Source: a virus
Lineage: Duplodnaviria; Heunggongvirae; Uroviricota; Caudoviricetes
DNA length: 19,644 nt
Direction: 5' to 3' (one strand)
IMG/VR virus record: IMGVR_UViG_2648501186_000019
Coordinates: 1-19,644 of that record
Position 1 is the first letter of the stretch. The number at the start of each line of letters is the position of its first letter. The notes under the pieces are model-generated. The model was given only the letters and a program-made list of their open reading frames with translations. It was not told the origin of the DNA and made no database searches. Position numbers and translations under genes: made by a program. This document shows, piece after piece, positions 15,558 through 19,644 of the stretch.

Positions 15558-15858
15558 CCGATTCTTCTACCTTACTCGGTTCCGGCATCATAGAAGCCAG
15601 AGCAACCAGACCGATCAATTGTGCTTTAACAGTTGTGTAAAGGGCTTTAACTTGTTTAATATTAGTGAAAACTGGTTTACCGCTTTCATCTTCGATACAT
15701 TTCAGAATAGTACGTTCGTCGCGGTCTTCTTTATTGTTATTCTGAATGTGCTCGTTAAATTCCTGTACGCTCATCGGACGGGCATAAAATTTAAAGCCGT
15801 TGATTTCCATTGCTTCGCGTTTCGGGGAAAGAGCTTTCATTAAATCGTTGATATTCAT
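15550..15858 (-). CDS. tail assembly chaperone (gpG-like), 102 aa
   Basis: Small acidic protein immediately upstream of the tape measure with an overlapping -1 ORF. GAGGAAA Shine-Dalgarno sequence before ATG 15858. Confidence 0.6.
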   Translation of the reverse strand: MNINDLMKALSPKREAMEINGFKFYARPMSVQEFNEHIQNNNKEDRDERTILKCIEDESGKPVFTNIKQVKALYTTVKAQLIGLVALASMMPEPSKVEESVK

Positions 15859-15880
15859 TTTTGTTTCCTCATTAACAATG

Positions 15881-15897
15881 ATTACGATATATTTATG
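15881..15897 (-). promoter_or_regulatory. CATAAATA box plus TATCGTAAT; second copy of the 15-nt motif seen at 945-959
   Basis: The - strand reads CATAAATATATCGTAATCATT; the box ends 31 nt upstream of ATG 15858 (30 nt at the + strand copy). It overlaps the stop codon of the 168-aa gene. Confidence 0.35.
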
Positions 15898-16399
15898 TGA
15901 TCTTTAAACTCTGCTTAGTGCCAGTCTTCTTAATGTTGGTAAGGAAAGCAGCCGGAGGATTGCTTAACCAATAGTAATGAAAACCACTTTGCATACTGTT
16001 ATAAGGAACAGTGACAGTAGCACCACCCAAATTAACGGTTATATTCCCCGCTCTACCGTTCTGGAGATATACAGCCATAGTAGGAGTACCGCCATTGAAT
16101 TGACCAACGATAACGCCAATCAGACGCCCTACGCCCACGTTTTCGGGGTTCTCCATAGATCCTTTACCGCGCATGTCAGTTACTGGATAGTTTGAAGCAG
16201 TTACACCCCAGTTATTACCCAATGAAGTAGACCACGATGCAGTAGCAACAACCGTATCCATACCACGACCACACATAGCACTCATGTTAGCTGGGCGACT
16301 AACCTTTAATGCGTTCATTGCTGCGGTCATCCATCGTTGACCAGTTACAGAAACAGCAGATGACCCGACCCAGCCGGGCTTATTAACGACATTTGCCAT
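15893..16399 (-). CDS. hypothetical tail-module protein (168 aa), Gly/Ser/Thr/Asn-rich
   Basis: GGAG Shine-Dalgarno sequence 9 nt before ATG 16399, just downstream of the terminator hairpin. Composition suggests a beta-rich structural protein; could alternatively be the tube subunit. Confidence 0.55.
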   Translation of the reverse strand: MANVVNKPGWVGSSAVSVTGQRWMTAAMNALKVSRPANMSAMCGRGMDTVVATASWSTSLGNNWGVTASNYPVTDMRGKGSMENPENVGVGRLIGVIVGQFNGGTPTMAVYLQNGRAGNITVNLGGATVTVPYNSMQSGFHYYWLSNPPAAFLTNIKKTGTKQSLKIT

Positions 16400-16412
16400 T
16401 TTGATTACTCCA

Positions 16413-16443
16413 ATAAAAAAGCCCCACCATTAAGGCAGGGCTT
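16413..16443 (-). terminator. rho-independent terminator after the major tail gene region; copy 2 of the repeated hairpin
   Basis: The + strand reads AAAAAAGCCCCACCATTAAGGCAGGGCTT, against AAAAAAGCCCCACCGATAAAGGCAGGGCTT at 15132-15163. The stem is fully paired only in the - strand RNA (G-U pairs). Confidence 0.55.
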
Positions 16444-16573
16444 AAAATTAATTCTTAGCCTTGCGGCCTCGTTTTGCTGTGGCTTTCGCCGTAACTTCTT
16501 CTACTTCTGGAATCACCACCGCTTCATGTTCCGGCTGTGGTTCCGGTTCTATTAAAGGAAGTTCTTCGTTAGT

Positions 16574-17050
16574 TCATCCACCAACAGTAAAGATCTTCTG
16601 TGGAACGGGCTTGCCATCAACCGCAAACGTCAGTTCACGCTGTACGACGCTCTCGTCATCACCAGTCAGATTGACTTTAGAAATGAATCCGTTAAATGCA
16701 GTACGAATACCAGTCTGCTTATCCGCTGATACGTAATACTCTACTTTAATCTGGATTCGAGTGCCGTCTTCGGCAGCTTTAATGAGCTTCTCGTGTACCG
16801 CATCACCCGGAATGTAGTTGATCACCAGTTCCAGATCAGGAACGTTCAGTTTACCAACCAGCTTACGGTTATACTGAGAAGAGAACGACTTCACCTCAAC
16901 CGTGCCCCTCTCAATGGAGTAGGAAGGCCAACCAGCACACTCTTTAATTTCTTCGTATGCTTCATCAGCAAGATCGGTGTTAGTGGTATCAGCGTGATAG
17001 AACAGACTTACCAAACCACCAGTAAAAATATCTTTGAATTGTTGAGACAT
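16574..17050 (-). CDS. major tail (tube) protein candidate, 158 aa
   Basis: Strong AAGGGG Shine-Dalgarno sequence; located upstream of the chaperones and tape measure; size and beta-rich sequence typical of small siphovirus tube proteins. Ends in TGA, followed in the same frame by 41 open codons (16451-16573). Confidence 0.55.
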   Translation of the reverse strand: MSQQFKDIFTGGLVSLFYHADTTNTDLADEAYEEIKECAGWPSYSIERGTVEVKSFSSQYNRKLVGKLNVPDLELVINYIPGDAVHEKLIKAAEDGTRIQIKVEYYVSADKQTGIRTAFNGFISKVNLTGDDESVVQRELTFAVDGKPVPQKIFTVGG

Positions 17051-17080
17051 ATAATTACCCCTTAATTAAAATTGTTATTA

Positions 17081-17099
17081 CGGGGGAACTAGTCCCCCG
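17081..17099. terminator. GC hairpin CGGGGG-AACTAGT-CCCCCG between the fibre gene and the major tail gene; T-tract follows on the + strand
   Basis: 6-bp G/C stem with a 7-nt loop. The + strand continues ACTTTTATTATTT; on the - strand the U-run is interrupted. May be a bidirectional terminator or a processing/stability hairpin. Confidence 0.4.
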
Positions 17100-17106
17100 A
17101 CTTTTA

Positions 17107-19644
17107 TTATTTAGTTGCTTTCAGTTCGGCTAATTCAGCTTTAGTTTCGGCAAGTTCTTTAGCCATAGCATCAAACTTAGCGGTCATTTCCTGCATTGCT
17201 TTGATGATTAAAGCATTGACAGCAGAGTTAGAAATAGTCTTGATTGCTTCTGGATGTTCTGGATCTTCGGTGGATTGAATACCTACTGCTTCCGGCAATA
17301 CTTTTTCCAGATCCTGAGCAATAATACCTACTTCGCGTTTAATTACTGTGTCATCAGAAAGAGATTTAACTTTATCGTAGGTGTAGACTTTCAGGGAGTT
17401 TACTTTCTCTAATGCGCCGTCCTGTAATTCTTCCTTGTTAATTTTCAAACGGGAGTCGGAGCGAATGTAAACATCGTTAAAGCTACCGTTACGACCTGCG
17501 GTAAAGTCACCAGAGGCGTTAAAGTCAAAAGTTGCATCGTGTACGTGCATACGCACCATAGCATTACCGATAGTACCGCTAGGAACATGTACACCCATTG
17601 CTGCGATATGATATTTACCTTGATGGGTTGCTTTCCATACGTTATGAGCGGAATCGGTTGATTGTTGACAGTCGACCTGAATACCAGAAGCACGATCACG
17701 CCAGCTAGCCCAACTACCACCAGCAACGCTACCACGAATAAGACCATTACCGCCACCGGATACAGTGCCCGTTTCAAGGTGAATCATCTTACCGCCGAAT
17801 TTCCAGACTTCGGTTTGTTTCTCACCACGGAAGCGAATAACACCAGCGTCATCGCAATACATCAAGCCCAACTCTAAACCGTTTGGATCTCTAAACCAGA
17901 TGTGCTTATTGCCAGCGCGTTTAAACGAAATATCAGCACCAGTTGTTGTGATATTGCTAGCAACGTTTAGACTACCCGCCATAGAGAACAGAATAGGTCC
18001 AGTGCCACCCTGAGTACGTTCAGTATACCAGTGATAACTTGTAGCATCCTTACATTCAAAAACCTGTTTGCGTTGCTCGTTACCCCATGTGTGTAAGGTA
18101 AATTGAGACTGCGACCCCCGATTAGCATCAAATGCAATTTCACCAGATTCTACACGTACAAAGCCTTTAAAACGTGCAGTAATATTTCCGGTTTCATCAT
18201 TGCGTTCAGTAGAGAAATGTATACCTGTTGGGTCTTCTATTTGAAGAATGTTGTGTCGTCCACTGGCACTATCACCCAAATGGTTTATTTTCATGAAACC
18301 GCTAGCACCCTGACGCCCACTAGAAAAATGAAGAAATCCTTTTTCTACATAAACATCACCAGCAAAACGAGCAGCACGACTTGCACGTTCTAAGACTAAT
18401 GCACCTTCGTTACCATCACCACCCAAAGTAACATTACCGCTACCAAGATGGTAAATGAACGGACGATAGCCGTTCCAACTACCAAATTTATCATTTTCGG
18501 CAGTAGACAGAAGATATACGTTTTGACCATCATTACGCCAGAATGCACCATAGTTACCGTAAATCATACGGAATGCATCACTGTTAGCAGCTACATATTG
18601 ACCATTGGTGTATACAATTTTGGTAGCACCTGTGCTTAAAGATACTTGACCACTTGCTTCTAATTTAACAAAGTTTTTACCTTCGTCACTATACCATTGA
18701 AAATCGTTAGTATCTGTAGAACCAAAACCAAACCAGCCTTGACGTTTATTAGCCCCGTTTCGCTGATCCATATATTCAAAATAGTTACTACGACCAGTAG
18801 GACGCCACATACGAATCGCGTTATTGCCTTGCAGATGAAGTCTATCGACAAATAAACCATCACTACCAACAATTTTTAATACTTCTTTTTGGTCGGTGGA
18901 ACCAGTAGCCAAACGATACACATCACCTTGAACAGTTTCATGCCATATTGTTTCCGCCGCACGACTGCGGAATTTACGCATATATTTTTTATTGTTGTCT
19001 GGTACGTTATTAAGGCTCACAATATCATAGGTTGCTTGTGAGTTATTATCAAACATCAACGTTCCGGCTTTGTTTTCGGTGTTGAACATCGTAATAACAC
19101 GAGCATCGGTAACACCAACAGAAGGTTTAACGAGAGTTAATTCAGGAACATCATGTACTGTCAGAGTAACGCCATCAGTTTTACCGTATTCGACAATAAC
19201 GTTATCGGTGTAACGACCGTAGTTAACGTAGATATCGTAGTTATCACCGGAAGTATTAACCGCAAATACTTGATGAGTATTTTTAGAATTTCGACGATAC
19301 GCCGCAATACTAACGCCTTTCGGGTTATTGTTACCGGAACGGATGACAATTTCTACAAAGTCAACCTGATCATAAGAGTTAACGTTATAACCATTACCAC
19401 CGAAGATACGAAGCATTACCATTCGACCATTCTGTGGGATCGTAGCGGTTGCGATCTTGAAGTATCCACGAGTAGCATCACCAGAAGGAACGGTCATTCT
19501 AACGTTCTTGATGAACATCTTATCAACTTCGGCTTTGGTGTATGCACCAATCTCGCCAGGAGTCGGCTTATCACCTTCGTGATACATCTTATAGCTAAAG
19601 TTCTTCTGTCCTTCTCTATCAAAACCATAGGTTTCAACACGAGA
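17107..19644 (-). CDS. tail or neck fibre protein with a C-terminal intramolecular chaperone (peptidase S74-like) domain; 5'-partial, open to the window edge
   Basis: The frame stays open to 19644 (SRVETYGFDREGQKNFSYK precedes the first Met). The C-terminus (...YIRSDSRLKINKEELQDGALEKVNSLKVYTYDK...VGIIAQDLEKVLPEAV...AELKATK) matches the autoproteolytic chaperone domain of T5 pb1-type L-shaped fibres and endosialidases. The upstream body is Gly/Asn/Thr-rich, beta-type. Confidence 0.85.
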   Translation of the reverse strand, partial: SRVETYGFDREGQKNFSYKMYHEGDKPTPGEIGAYTKAEVDKMFIKNVRMTVPSGDATRGYFKIATATIPQNGRMVMLRIFGGNGYNVNSYDQVDFVEIVIRSGNNNPKGVSIAAYRRNSKNTHQVFAVNTSGDNYDIYVNYGRYTDNVIVEYGKTDGVTLTVHDVPELTLVKPSVGVTDARVITMFNTENKAGTLMFDNNSQATYDIVSLNNVPDNNKKYMRKFRSRAAETIWHETVQGDVYRLATGSTDQKEVLKIVGSDGLFVDRLHLQGNNAIRMWRPTGRSNYFEYMDQRNGANKRQGWFGFGSTDTNDFQWYSDEGKNFVKLEASGQVSLSTGATKIVYTNGQYVAANSDAFRMIYGNYGAFWRNDGQNVYLLSTAENDKFGSWNGYRPFIYHLGSGNVTLGGDGNEGALVLERASRAARFAGDVYVEKGFLHFSSGRQGASGFMKINHLGDSASGRHNILQIEDPTGIHFSTERNDETGNITARFKGFVRVESGEIAFDANRGSQSQFTLHTWGNEQRKQVFECKDATSYHWYTERTQGGTGPILFSMAGSLNVASNITTTGADISFKRAGNKHIWFRDPNGLELGLMYCDDAGVIRFRGEKQTEVWKFGGKMIHLETGTVSGGGNGLIRGSVAGGSWASWRDRASGIQVDCQQSTDSAHNVWKATHQGKYHIAAMGVHVPSGTIGNAMVRMHVHDATFDFNASGDFTAGRNGSFNDVYIRSDSRLKINKEELQDGALEKVNSLKVYTYDKVKSLSDDTVIKREVGIIAQDLEKVLPEAVGIQSTEDPEHPEAIKTISNSAVNALIIKAMQEMTAKFDAMAKELAETKAELAELKATK

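Noticed and set aside
14877-16736. + strand ORFs 14877-15152, 15415-15843, 15977-16195 and 16461-16736
   Set aside because: Each is antisense to a - strand structural gene or crosses a terminator hairpin; none has start signals.
16793-19349. ORFs overlapping the major tail and fibre genes (16793-17065 +, 17445-17777 -, 17662-17877 +, 18103-18393 +, 18448-18639 +, 18660-18872 -, 19161-19349 -)
   Set aside because: Nested in or antisense to the fibre CDS, which is continuous and carries a recognisable C-terminal chaperone domain.
1-19644. CRISPR arrays, tRNA or rRNA genes, IS elements
   Set aside because: No spaced direct-repeat arrays, no tRNA-like cloverleaf hallmarks in the three larger intergenic regions (673-980, 3343-3618, 6968-7073), and no transposase-like ORF or terminal inverted repeats. 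The only recombinase is the large serine recombinase, treated as phage-encoded.

Overview
This window reads as part of a tailed-phage genome or prophage with a lambda-like siphovirus tail module, organised as two convergent arms that meet at a hairpin near 5111-5140. The + arm (1-5109) carries small unknown ORFs, a membrane-anchored/secreted protein pair, a 559-aa large serine recombinase and a UvsW-type SF2 helicase. The - arm (5142-19644) carries an M15-peptidase endolysin preceded by four unknown genes, then a structural block: a gpJ-like 1260-aa central fibre, gpK/L/M-like tip proteins, an 839-aa tape measure, a chaperone pair with a probable -1 frameshift, a 168-aa unknown, a 158-aa major tail protein candidate, and a 5'-truncated fibre with a C-terminal intramolecular-chaperone domain. 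The most notable observations are a gpI-like domain fused to the N-terminus of the gpJ-like protein, a serine recombinase next to a repeat-rich intergenic region, a 15-nt TATAAATA-type motif shared upstream of genes on both strands, a family of GCCCC/GGGGC hairpins punctuating the tail operon, and an in-frame TGA-separated extension after the major tail gene. All homology statements are from reading the translated sequence and recalled family features; no database search was run. Coordinates between about 12,000 and 15,100 taken from line labels may be off by 1 nt relative to the ORF track.
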